Assembly (NCBI GenBank): GCA_025055595.1
Contig: JANWWU010000066.1
Span: 11,147-75,146, forward strand
Origin: Planctomycetota bacterium
Lineage (GTDB): Bacteria; Planctomycetota; UBA11346
Direction: 5' to 3'
DNA length: 64,000 nucleotides
The position numbers were made by a program, and so were the translations under genes. How positions within the stretch are numbered: the first letter of the stretch is position 1; each line of letters begins with the position of its first letter. Shown piece by piece: positions 18,874-33,746 of this stretch. The notes under the pieces were generated by a model. That model made no database searches. It was not told the origin of the DNA and saw only the letters and a list, made by a program, of their open reading frames with translations.

Positions 18874-19777
18874 GCTGCCGAGCAGCGCGCTCGAGGACTG
18901 GCGCTATGTCGACTGCCGGCCGCTCGCTGCGAGTCCGGCCTCCCAGGCCACTGTCCTCCCCGGCCGGCCCTGCGCCGCAGACGCTTTCCCGGAGCCCAGC
19001 GACGCGACGCACCGATGGGCCCTCGCCGGCGAGCGCCGCGCCGTGCAGCCGGACTGCGGGCAGCTGCTGCTCGAAGATCGCGGCGGCTGCTGGGCGCTGC
19101 TCGTCGAGCTGGCGCCGCGCCAGCGCCTGCGCCTCTGCGTCCGCCGCCACCCCGCCGCCGGACGCAGCGCCAGCTGGCTGCACTGCCGGCTCGCCGCCGG
19201 CTCCTGCCTCGAGATCCGCGACGAGCACGAGCAGCCGCTCGGCGTGCACCTCGCGGCGTGGAGCGTCGAGCTCGCGAGCGATGCGACCTGCGCGCTCGGC
19301 GTCGTGCAGCGCGGCGGGCTGCTGCAGCGCCAGCGCCTCGACGCGCAGCTGCTCGCGCCGGGAGCGGAGGCGCGCGTCGTGCGCCTCGCCGCGCTCGATG
19401 GCGCGCGCCAAGCCCATCTGCTGGCGCGGGTCACCCACGCCGTCGGCCCGACGCGCAGCCGCCAGCTCGCCAAGGCGGTGCTCGCCGACGCCGCGCGCTC
19501 GAGCTTCGACGGCCTGATCCGCGTGCTGCCCGGAGCCGACGGCAGCGACGCCCTGCAGCGCGACCATCACCTGCTGCTGTCGCCGCAGGCCCGCGCCGAC
19601 AGCCGGCCGCAGCTCGATGTCCGCGCCGACGAGGTGCAGGCGGCGCACGGCGCGACGATCGGCCGCCTCGACGCCGAGGAGCAGCTCTACCTGCGCCAGC
19701 GCGGGCTGCCGGTCGCCGAAGCCGAGCGTCTGCTCGTCGCCGCCTTCCTCGCCGAGGCCGAGGAGGCCCTGCCGTGA
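18854..19777 (+). CDS. sufD: Fe-S cluster assembly protein SufD (short form)
   Basis: M at residue 25 of track ORF 18782..19777 ([19 protein letters not shown]…). C-terminal SufD-like …EEQLYLRQRGLPVAEAERLLVAAF… Position between sufC and sufS fits. Confidence 0.8.
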   Translation: MSGSALELPSSALEDWRYVDCRPLAASPASQATVLPGRPCAADAFPEPSDATHRWALAGERRAVQPDCGQLLLEDRGGCWALLVELAPRQRLRLCVRRHPAAGRSASWLHCRLAAGSCLEIRDEHEQPLGVHLAAWSVELASDATCALGVVQRGGLLQRQRLDAQLLAPGAEARVVRLAALDGARQAHLLARVTHAVGPTRSRQLAKAVLADAARSSFDGLIRVLPGADGSDALQRDHHLLLSPQARADSRPQLDVRADEVQAAHGATIGRLDAEEQLYLRQRGLPVAEAERLLVAAFLAEAEEALP

Positions 19778-20982
19778 GCTTCGATCCCGAGGCGATCCGC
19801 AGCGAGTTCCCGGGCCTGGCCGAGCTGCGCGACGGCCGCCCCTACACCTACCTCGACAGCGCGGCGACGGCCCACAAGCCGCGCTGCGTCATCGAGCGCG
19901 TCGCGGAGCTGCTCGGCCCAGCCTACGGCACCGTGCACCGCGGCCTCTACCGCCGCGCGGCGCAGATGACCGAGCGCTACGAGCAGGCGCGGCGGACGGT
20001 CGCGCGCTTCCTCGACGCCGACCCCGGCGAGATCGTCTTCACCGCCGGCTGCACCGACGCCCTCAACCTCGTCGCGCACGGCTGGGGCCGCGCCCACCTC
20101 AGGCCGGGCGACCGCATCCTGGTCAGCGGCATGGAGCACCACGCCGGGCTCGTCTCCTGGCACACCGCCGGCTTCAAGCCCGAGCCGATCCCGCTGCGCG
20201 ACGATGGCAGCCTCGATCTCGAAGCCTACGACCGCCTGCTCGCCGCCGGCGGCGTCAAGCTCGTCGGCTGCGTGCACATCTCGAACGCGCTCGGCACGAT
20301 CAACCCCGTCGCCGAGCTGGCGCGCCGCGCCCACGCCGCCGGCGCGCTGTTCTGCCTCGATGCCGCGCAGAGCGCGCCGCATCTGCCGCTGTCGGTGCGC
20401 GCGCTCGGCTGCGACTTCCTCGCCTTCGCCGGCCACAAGGTCTATGGCCCGACCGGGATCGGCGTGCTGTGGGCGCGCCGCGAGCTCCTCGAGGCGATGC
20501 CGCCCTGGCGCGGCGGCGGCGAGATGATCGAGCGCGTGTCCTTCGCCGGCACGACCTATGCCGCGCCGCCGGCGCGCTTCGAGGCCGGCACCCCGCCCTT
20601 CGTCGAGGCGATCGGGCTGGCGACGGCGCTGGAGTGGCTGATGGCCCAGGATCGCGCGGCGATCCTCGCCCACGAGCGCGCGATCTACGACTACGCCGAA
20701 CGCCGCCTCGCCGAGGTCCCCGGCCTGCGGCGCATCGGCACCGCGCCCGAGCGCGGCGGCGCGCTGTCGTTCGTCCTCGCCTGCGCGCACCCCGCCGACA
20801 TCGCCGCCGTCCTCGACGCGCAGCACATCGCGATCCGCGCCGGGCACCACTGCGCGCAGCCGGTGATGGAGCGCTTCCGCGTCAGCGCGACGGCGCGCGC
20901 CTCGATCGCGCTGTACACGACGCGCGCCGACATCGACCGCCTGCACGACGGGCTCCAGACCTGCGTCCGCCTCTTCGGGTGA
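19774..20982 (+). CDS. sufS: cysteine desulfurase SufS (class V aminotransferase)
   Basis: GTG overlapping the sufD stop (GTGA) within track ORF 19015..20982. PLP lysine in AGHKVYGPTGIG and catalytic Cys in RAGHHCAQP. Confidence 0.9.
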   Translation: MSFDPEAIRSEFPGLAELRDGRPYTYLDSAATAHKPRCVIERVAELLGPAYGTVHRGLYRRAAQMTERYEQARRTVARFLDADPGEIVFTAGCTDALNLVAHGWGRAHLRPGDRILVSGMEHHAGLVSWHTAGFKPEPIPLRDDGSLDLEAYDRLLAAGGVKLVGCVHISNALGTINPVAELARRAHAAGALFCLDAAQSAPHLPLSVRALGCDFLAFAGHKVYGPTGIGVLWARRELLEAMPPWRGGGEMIERVSFAGTTYAAPPARFEAGTPPFVEAIGLATALEWLMAQDRAAILAHERAIYDYAERRLAEVPGLRRIGTAPERGGALSFVLACAHPADIAAVLDAQHIAIRAGHHCAQPVMERFRVSATARASIALYTTRADIDRLHDGLQTCVRLFG

Positions 20983-20985
20983 GCG

Positions 20986-21819
20986 ATGCTGCGGCTCGCG
21001 CGCCAGGGCCTGGGCATCCGCGAACAGGTCGTCGCCGATCCCGGCAGCAGCCTGCGCTCGCTGGTCAACTGCGGCGATCACTGGCCGTTCACCTGGCACT
21101 ACCACCCCGAGCTCGAGCTGACCGCGGTCGAGCGCGGGCAGGGCGTGCGCGCGGTCGGCGACAGCATCGCCCCCTTCGCCGCCGGCGATGTCGTGCTGAT
21201 CGGCAGCGCGGTGCCGCACAGCTGGGCCAGCGAGCCCGGCCTGCCCGGCGGCGTGCAGGCGGTCGTCGTCCAGTTCCCGGCCGAGCTGCTGGCGGCGACC
21301 GCGGAGGCCGCGCGGCTGCGCCAGCTCGCCGAGCGCGCGTGCCTCGGACTGTGCGGGCCGCCGACGGCGGTCGCCCTGGTCCGCGCCATCCACGAGGCGC
21401 GCGCGCCGCTGCGCCGCCTCGCCCGCCTGCTCGAGGTCCTGGCGGAAGCCGAGCAGTGGACGCCGCTGATGCGTCCGGTCGCGCGCCGCCACCACCGCGA
21501 TCCGCGCCTGCAGCGCGCGCTCGCCTGGCTGGACCAGCACGCGCGCGAGCCGCTGCGCCTCGGCGAGCTGGCGTCCCGCGTCGCGATGCGGCCGCCGGCC
21601 CTGTCGCGCGCCTTCCGCACCGCGTACGGGATCACGCCCTCCGAGTACGTCGCGCGGCTGCGCATCGGCCTGTGCTGCCGCGAGCTCGCCGAGAGCGACG
21701 CGGAAGTGGCGGCGATCGCCTTCGCCAACGGCTTCGGCAGCCTGGCGAGCTTCCATCGCTGGTTCCGCCGCCTGACCGGCAGCTCGCCGGAGCTGTGGCG
21801 GCGCCGCCTGCGGGGCTGA
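20986..21819 (+). CDS. AraC-family transcriptional regulator (cupin + HTH)
   Basis: Track ORF. Cupin-like N-terminal half and a C-terminal AraC HTH (…YGITPSEYVARLRI…). Confidence 0.8.
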   Translation: MLRLARQGLGIREQVVADPGSSLRSLVNCGDHWPFTWHYHPELELTAVERGQGVRAVGDSIAPFAAGDVVLIGSAVPHSWASEPGLPGGVQAVVVQFPAELLAATAEAARLRQLAERACLGLCGPPTAVALVRAIHEARAPLRRLARLLEVLAEAEQWTPLMRPVARRHHRDPRLQRALAWLDQHAREPLRLGELASRVAMRPPALSRAFRTAYGITPSEYVARLRIGLCCRELAESDAEVAAIAFANGFGSLASFHRWFRRLTGSSPELWRRRLRG

Positions 21820-21820
21820 G

Positions 21821-22792
21821 ATGGGCGCCGCCCATGCCTGCGCCTACCGGCGGGTGGCGATCGCCGCCTGGGCGGCGCTGAGCGCCGCCGGCGACGCGCA
21901 CGCTACCTGGCAGGCGATCTGCGAGCAGCGCCGCTGCCTCGCGCTCGACCCGGAGTGGGGCTGGGTCGGGCGCTGCGCGGCCGGCGATCAGGAGGAGCTG
22001 GCGCTCGCGGTGTGCCGTCGGCTGCCGCGCCCGCAAGCCCCGCTCGCCTTCGGCATGGCGACGAGCAAAGGCACGCTCGCGCAGCATGCCGCTGCCGCCG
22101 GTCCCCCCTGGCTCGCCGCCTGGCCCGGGGCGGCCTCGGCGCGCCTCGCCGCCCGCCTGCAGCTCGGCCTCCACCTGCCGGTGTGCTGCGTCGCCGCCTG
22201 CTCGACCGCCCTGGCGACCCTGCTGGCCGGGGCCGACGCGCTCGAGCGCGGGCAGGCGGCGCAGGCCCTGGTCGGGGCCGCCGAGGCCTCCTTGACGCCG
22301 CTGATCCTCGCCGGCTTCCGCAACGCCGGCGTCCTGTGCGGTGCGACTTTGCCGCAGGCTTTCGCCGCCCCGACCGGCTTCGCGCCGGCCGAGGGCGCCG
22401 CCGCCTTCCTGCTCGCCGAGCGCGGGCCCTGGCGCCTGCTCGCCGGGGTGCGGCTCGGCGACGCCGAGCACGAGACCCACTGCCTCGATCCGCTCAGCCT
22501 CGGCTGCGCCCTGGAGGCGCTGTGGGACCTCGCTCCCCGCCCCGAGCTGATCGTCTGCCACGCCACCGGCACCGCCCACGGCGATGCCTACGAGGGCGCT
22601 GCCCTGGCGCGCGGGCCCTGGGCGGCGGTGCCGCGGCTCTGCGCCAAGCCCTGGATCGGCCACACGCTGGGGGCCAGCGGCGGCGTCGAGCTGGCGGCCG
22701 CCCTGCAGGCCCCCTGCCAGCGGCTGTGGAAGCTCTCGCTCGGGTTCGGCGGGCACATCGTCGCCCTCGCGGTCGAACGCATGCTCCGGTAA
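21821..22792 (+). CDS. minimal beta-ketoacyl-ACP synthase-like protein (thiolase fold; Cys …CCVAACSTALA…, His …CHATGTAHGD…, …GHTLGASG…)
   Basis: Track ORF. KAS N-terminal motif (RRVAIAAWAALSAAG ~ RRVVVTGLGxxSPxG) and a Cys/His/His triad are present. The protein is only 323 aa, about 90 aa shorter than FabF/FabB. It starts 2 nt after the AraC stop. Confidence 0.65.
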   Translation: MGAAHACAYRRVAIAAWAALSAAGDAHATWQAICEQRRCLALDPEWGWVGRCAAGDQEELALAVCRRLPRPQAPLAFGMATSKGTLAQHAAAAGPPWLAAWPGAASARLAARLQLGLHLPVCCVAACSTALATLLAGADALERGQAAQALVGAAEASLTPLILAGFRNAGVLCGATLPQAFAAPTGFAPAEGAAAFLLAERGPWRLLAGVRLGDAEHETHCLDPLSLGCALEALWDLAPRPELIVCHATGTAHGDAYEGAALARGPWAAVPRLCAKPWIGHTLGASGGVELAAALQAPCQRLWKLSLGFGGHIVALAVERMLR

Positions 22793-22859
22793 GTTTGCCG
22801 ATCTTCGCCGTTGACAGTCCCGAAATCATCGACAAGGTACGCGCCCGATCCGGCAATCA

Positions 22860-23936
22860 TTGCCGCTCCCCGTGGTCAGCGCTGCCCAGCCCCAACTTGC
22901 CAGACCCCGCTCCCCGGCGCGGCGCGCGCGCTGGGCGCCGATCCTTGCGGCCTTGCGCGACCAGCCCTGGCGCGAGCTGCTTGCAGCCAGCGAGCTGCTC
23001 GAGGCGCTCGCCGCCCAGGGCCTGGAGCTCAGCGAGCGCACGCTGCGCCTGCACTGCGCGGAGCTCGGCGCCGCGGGCCTGATCGAGCGCGTCGGCAAGC
23101 GCGGCTACCGCCTGACGCCCGCCGGCCTCGAGGCGGCGCGCGCGCTCGCCGTCCAGCGCCGGCTCGGCACGGTCGCGGCGCGGATGGAGAGCATGGTCTG
23201 CCAGCTGACCTTCGATCCCCGCCGCCGGCAGGGCCTGGCCTCGATCAATGCCTGCGTCGTCCGCCGCTCGCTGCTGCCGACCCTGCTCGCCGACCTCGAG
23301 GCGGTGTACGAGAGCGGGCTGGCGGTCGGCGACCGCGTGCTGATCGCCGAGCCCGGCAGCGAGGTGCTCGGGCGACGGGTCCCGGAGACCTGCGTCGGGA
23401 TCGGCACCGTCTGCTCGCTGACCATCGCCGCCACCCTGCTCGCCGGCGGGGTGCCGACGCAGCTGGTCGGCGGGGCCCTGCTCGGCATCGTCGAGCGCCG
23501 CCCCGCGCATCTGCTCGAGCTCGTCCGCTACGACGCCAGCTCGCTCTCGCCCAACGAGCTGTTCATCCGCGCTCGCCTGACCAGCGTGATCGACGCCGCG
23601 CGCTGCGGCGAGGGCCGGATCACCGCCAGCCTGCGCGAGCTGCCGATGTCGGCCCTGCCGCGGCTCGACGAGGCGCTCGCCGCCTGCCGCGAGGCCGGTT
23701 TGCACGGCGTGCTCGCCGTCGGCAAGCCCGGGCAGACCCTGCTCAACGCCCCGCTCGGCGAAGGCCGGGTCGGCCTGCTGCTCGCCACCGGCCTCAATCC
23801 GCTGGCCGGCCTCTGGGAGCGGCACCTCGTCTCCGCCAGCGATCCCGACACCGCCAGCCCGATGGTCGGGCCGGCGGAGTGGCAGTCGCTGATCCCGGTG
23901 CGCGAGCTGCGCGCCCGCCTCGCCCGTTTCCTGTAG
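22860..23936 (+). CDS. NrpR-like nitrogen repressor-family regulator (winged-helix + DUF128/NRD-like domain), tentative
   Basis: Track ORF. The N-terminal segment [39 protein letters not shown] resembles the NrpR wHTH (…ISERTVRYHL…ERVGxRGxxIT…). It lies immediately upstream of gltBD, with an 8-nt gap. The family call is from memory of NrpR sequences and was not searched. Confidence 0.45.
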   Translation: MPLPVVSAAQPQLARPRSPARRARWAPILAALRDQPWRELLAASELLEALAAQGLELSERTLRLHCAELGAAGLIERVGKRGYRLTPAGLEAARALAVQRRLGTVAARMESMVCQLTFDPRRRQGLASINACVVRRSLLPTLLADLEAVYESGLAVGDRVLIAEPGSEVLGRRVPETCVGIGTVCSLTIAATLLAGGVPTQLVGGALLGIVERRPAHLLELVRYDASSLSPNELFIRARLTSVIDAARCGEGRITASLRELPMSALPRLDEALAACREAGLHGVLAVGKPGQTLLNAPLGEGRVGLLLATGLNPLAGLWERHLVSASDPDTASPMVGPAEWQSLIPVRELRARLARFL

Positions 23937-23943
23937 GAAGTCC

Positions 23944-28494
<4,551 letters not shown>

Positions 28495-28515
28495 ACCCTC
28501 TGCCAAGGAAGCGCC

Positions 28516-29997
<1,482 letters not shown>

Positions 29998-30903
29998 TCA
30001 CGGGCCGCGGCGCGGGCCGAGCCGGACGAGTTCGTCGCGCCAGGCCGCGGCCTGGCCCTCGCCGATCTGATAGAGCCAGCGCCGGGCGTCGGCGCCGTAG
30101 CCGGCGGTCGGCGCCAGCCAGCGGTGGCGCGCGCACCACCAGCGGTTGAACAGGTGCATGTGCAGCTCGCGCGCGTACTTGGCGATGCAGGAAGCGAGCG
30201 CGGGCAGCGGCCAGCGGCGGTCGGCGCCGACCGCGATCAGCACCTCGCTGGCCGCGACGCGGTAGCGGCGGGCGGCGCGCGCGGCGTCGACGAGCTGCAC
30301 CGCCGCTCCCGGCCAGATGCCGGACAGCCAGGGGCCGTAGTCGAGGCGCCCGCCGAGACGATCGATGACGATGCGTGTCGGTCGTCGCGGATCGGGCGCG
30401 AGCTCGCCGAGCACGGCGCCGACGGCGGCGAGCAGGCAGGCCGCGCGGTTGCGGCCGGCGGCCCGCGCCTCATTGAGCGCGCGCGGGTGCAGGATGCGCG
30501 CGCGCAGGCCGGCCGGGCTCAGGCCCGGCAGCCGCCAGGACGGCAGCGCGCGCGCCGCCAGCGGCACGCGCAGCTGCTCGGCGCCCTGCTGCCAGGGCGC
30601 CGAGCGCTGGTCGGCGGACTCGCCGCACAGCGCCAGCACATCGGCCGCGGTGTCGGGCTGGAAGCCGCTGAGCCAGGCGAGCGCCGGCAGGGCGACGCGC
30701 TCGAGCGGCGCGAGGTCGCCGGGACGATGCACGGCCTTGCTGTCGGCGACCCCGCAGCCGGCGAGCGCGGCGAGCGCCGCCTCGTCGTCGGCCGCGACCG
30801 CGACCGCGCAGACCACCAGCGGACCGAGCAGCGGACCGTAGCCGGCTTCGTCGACGCCGAGCTGCCGCTCAGCGCTTGGGCTCGGGGGGCAGGACGAAGT
30901 CAT
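29998..30903 (-). CDS. RNase H type-2 (RNase HII)-like protein, divergent
   Basis: Track ORF. N-terminal GVDEAGYGPLLGPLVV and …ADSK… correspond to RNase HII motifs (DEAGRGxLxGPVV, DSK), but with GRG changed to GYG and a long non-homologous C-terminus. Confidence 0.45.
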   Translation of the reverse strand: MTSSCPPSPSAERQLGVDEAGYGPLLGPLVVCAVAVAADDEAALAALAGCGVADSKAVHRPGDLAPLERVALPALAWLSGFQPDTAADVLALCGESADQRSAPWQQGAEQLRVPLAARALPSWRLPGLSPAGLRARILHPRALNEARAAGRNRAACLLAAVGAVLGELAPDPRRPTRIVIDRLGGRLDYGPWLSGIWPGAAVQLVDAARAARRYRVAASEVLIAVGADRRWPLPALASCIAKYARELHMHLFNRWWCARHRWLAPTAGYGADARRWLYQIGEGQAAAWRDELVRLGPRRGP

Positions 30904-31990
30904 CGGCGGCGAGCAGGCCCTGCACCCAGGAGACGAAGGCCGCGAAGGGGTAGGCGAGGCAGGCGATCGCCGTCTCCTCGGTCACCGGCAGCGGCGGGAA
31001 GCGGTCGCGCGCCAGCCGCGACAGCCGCTCGCGCATGCGCAGGCCGGCGAAGGCCTCGCGGTAGGGCGCCTGCTGCGCCGCGACCGCGACGCGGGCGTAG
31101 ATCTCGTGCAGCTGGATCAGCTTCTGCCACAGGCGGGCGATGCGAAAGCGCTTCTGCTCCGGGGTCTGGCCCTGCAGGAAGAGAAAGAGCTGCGGGGTCT
31201 CCTCCATCGCCGCCAGCCAGTGGTAGAGCGTCGGGTAGGCTTGGCCCTCCCGCGGATCGAACTCGTCGACCGCCATGTAGACGAGGAACACCTGCTTGTA
31301 GAAGCGCGCGCGGACGCGCTCGGCGAGCAGCGCCGCGAGCGCGGCCGCGCGCTCGCTCTCCGGCAGCGCCGCCAGCGAGCGCTCGGCCTCCGCGCCGAGG
31401 CGCGGGATGGCGACGGCATCGTGCCAGGTCGCATCGGCCTGCCGCTGGCGCAGGCGCTCGCGCAGCTCCTGGCAGCGCGCGGCGAAGCTCGCCGTCCACA
31501 CCAGGCTCTCGGCGAGCCGCGGCTCGCCGAAGGGCGGCAGCGGCCGCGCCAGCCGCGCCACGGCCTGGCAGGGCAGGGCGCGCAGCGCGTCGATGCCCAG
31601 CGTTTCGCCGAGGCGCTCCTGCAGCTGGCGGCGCAGCGTGCGGTACACCGCGATCGCATGGAGCTGCGCCTCGGCGACGCCGAGCCCGCTCTCGTCCCGC
31701 AGCAGGCACAGCTCGTCGATCAGCGCGGCGCGCACCGCGGCCTCGCGGTAGTGCTCGTCCTCGGCCAAGGCCGCAAGCAGCCGCTGCTGCAGGCGGCGCG
31801 CGCCCTCGTCCTCGAGCTCCGCAAGCAGCGCCGCCAGCCGGCCCTGAGCCGGCTGCTCGGCGAGCAGGCCGTCGCCGATCCCGCCCTCCGCCTCCTCGAT
31901 CAGCGCGCGATGGCGCGCGATCACGATCGGCCGCCGCGCCTCGGCGATGATCGCGGCATCGCTCGCTGCCTCGTCCGCTGCCTCGGCCAT
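30869..31990 (-). CDS. hypothetical protein
   Basis: Track ORF with balanced composition. Overlaps the downstream RNase HII-like gene by 35 nt on the same strand. No family recognised. Confidence 0.5.
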   Translation of the reverse strand: MAEAADEAASDAAIIAEARRPIVIARHRALIEEAEGGIGDGLLAEQPAQGRLAALLAELEDEGARRLQQRLLAALAEDEHYREAAVRAALIDELCLLRDESGLGVAEAQLHAIAVYRTLRRQLQERLGETLGIDALRALPCQAVARLARPLPPFGEPRLAESLVWTASFAARCQELRERLRQRQADATWHDAVAIPRLGAEAERSLAALPESERAAALAALLAERVRARFYKQVFLVYMAVDEFDPREGQAYPTLYHWLAAMEETPQLFLFLQGQTPEQKRFRIARLWQKLIQLHEIYARVAVAAQQAPYREAFAGLRMRERLSRLARDRFPPLPVTEETAIACLAYPFAAFVSWVQGLLAADDFVLPPEPKR

Positions 31991-32035
31991 GCGGCGACTA
32001 TCGCGCGGCGCGGGCGGGCGCCAGCGCCGTCCGCC

Positions 32036-32290
32036 TCAGGCGCGCTCGTACTTGATGACCTCGACCGGGCAGCCCTCGGCGGCCTCGATGATCTGCTCCT
32101 CGAGGGTCGCGCCGTAGTCGTCGGCGAGCGGCGCGCGCGCGTCCCGATTGGTGTCCTCCTTGCCGTCCGCCCGCACCGCGGCGCGGATGTGGCAGGTGTC
32201 CTCGGTGACATGGAAGACCTCGGGGCAGGCGGTCTCGCAGGCGTTGCAGACGATGCAGCCGTCCTCGATCCACACGCGGGCGATGGGCAT
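32036..32290 (-). CDS. ferredoxin (single-cluster type, CxxCxxC…CP)
   Basis: M at residue 49 of track ORF 32036..32434 (MPIARVWIEDGCIVCNACETACPEVF…EGCPVEVI). 'cat' at 32288-32290. Confidence 0.75.
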   Translation of the reverse strand: MPIARVWIEDGCIVCNACETACPEVFHVTEDTCHIRAAVRADGKEDTNRDARAPLADDYGATLEEQIIEAAEGCPVEVIKYERA

Positions 32291-32399
32291 GACGACCTCC
32301 GTCGGGCGTCGTATCGCTGCCGCCGCAGGGCCAAAGGCTTTTCGCGTGCGGCGCACGCGGTCTTCCCTTTCGGTCAGGCGCGCCAACCTGCCGCAGTCC

Positions 32400-33695
32400 A
32401 TGAGCCGCATCGACCTCGAGCCGGTCAAGGGCACGCGCGACTTCTATCCCGAGGACCTGCGCTTCCGCAGCTGGCTGTTCGGGCACATGCGCGCCGTCGC
32501 CACCGCCTTCGGCTACGAGGAGTACGACGCCTGCGTCCTCGAGCACGCAGCGCTCTACATCCGCAAGGCCGGCGACGAGGTGACGCGGCAGCTCTACGAG
32601 TTCATGGACAAGGGCGGGCGCCATGTCGCGCTGCGCCCGGAGCTGACGCCGTCGCTGGCGCGGATGGTGATGGCGCGCGGCGCCGCGCTCGCCCTGCCGC
32701 TGCGCTGGTTCGCCATTCCGCAGTGCTTCCGCTACGAAGAGACGCAGCGCGGGCGCAAGCGCGAGCACTTCCAGTGGAACATGGATGTCATCGGGCTGGC
32801 GAGCGTCGCCGCCGAGGCCGAGCTGATGGCGGCCCAAGCCGAGCTGTGCCGCCGCGTCGGCCTGCGCCTCGACGGCCCCGAGCCCGAGGCGCTGTGGCGG
32901 GTCTCCGACCGCCGCCTGCTCGCCGACGCCCTCGCCGGGCTCGGGCTCGACGAGGAGCGCGCCGCCGCGGTCTGCGTGCTGATCGACAAGCGCGGCAAGA
33001 TCGGCGACGAGGAGCTGCTCGCCGCGCTCGGCGAGCTCGGCGTCGACCGCGAGGCGTCGCGGCGGCTGTTCGCGCTGCTCGAGGTCCGCGGCCTCGAGCA
33101 GCTCGGCGCGCTGCTGCCGGCCGAGCATCCCGGGCTGCGCGCGCTGCGCGAGCTGCTGGCGCTGGCCGAGAGCCACGGCATCGCCCACCTCATCCGCATC
33201 GACCTCTCGGTGGTCCGCGGGCTCTCCTACTACACCGGCATCGTCTGGGAGGTGTTCGCCGCCGCCGGCACCTTCCGCCGCGCGATCGCCGGCGGCGGGC
33301 GCTACGACCGCCTGTGCGCGCAGCTCGGCGGCGAGGCGGTGCCGATGGCCGGCTTCGGCTTCGGCGACATCCCGATCCAGGAGGTGCTGGCCGAGCTCGG
33401 GCGCCTGCCGCCGCTGCCGCGCACGCTCGACGCCGTCGTCTATCCGATGGACGGCGCGCTGATCCCGCTCGCCAACCGCCTGGCGGCGCGCCTGCGCGCC
33501 CAGGGGCAGAGCGTCGCCGTCGACTACACGCTGCGGCGCTTCAAGCACGTCGTCCAGCGCGCCGAGAGCGACGGCGCGCAGGCGCTCTACATCCTCGGCA
33601 GCGACGAGGTCGCGCGCGGCGTCTGCAAGCGGCGCCGCCTCGGCGGCGCGCGCCAGGAGGACGACATCCCGCTGGCCGCCTTCGGCATCGCTTAG
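32400..33695 (+). CDS. hisS: histidine--tRNA ligase
   Basis: ATG at 32400 within track ORF 32148..33695. Class-II motifs KGTRDFYPED, FRYEETQRGRKREHFQ and GGGRYDRL, plus a C-terminal anticodon-binding domain. Confidence 0.9.
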   Translation: MSRIDLEPVKGTRDFYPEDLRFRSWLFGHMRAVATAFGYEEYDACVLEHAALYIRKAGDEVTRQLYEFMDKGGRHVALRPELTPSLARMVMARGAALALPLRWFAIPQCFRYEETQRGRKREHFQWNMDVIGLASVAAEAELMAAQAELCRRVGLRLDGPEPEALWRVSDRRLLADALAGLGLDEERAAAVCVLIDKRGKIGDEELLAALGELGVDREASRRLFALLEVRGLEQLGALLPAEHPGLRALRELLALAESHGIAHLIRIDLSVVRGLSYYTGIVWEVFAAAGTFRRAIAGGGRYDRLCAQLGGEAVPMAGFGFGDIPIQEVLAELGRLPPLPRTLDAVVYPMDGALIPLANRLAARLRAQGQSVAVDYTLRRFKHVVQRAESDGAQALYILGSDEVARGVCKRRRLGGARQEDDIPLAAFGIA

Positions 33696-33746
33696 CAGGC
33701 TTCGGGCGCCGTTGTCCTGCTCTTCCGCGCCAGTACCGTCACGAGC

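Noticed and set aside
19687-21756. 689-aa minus-strand ORF opposite sufS/AraC and other antisense ORFs (46324..49044 -, 57772..59235 -, 42036..42971 +)
   Set aside because: They are compositionally degenerate and antisense to confidently assigned genes.
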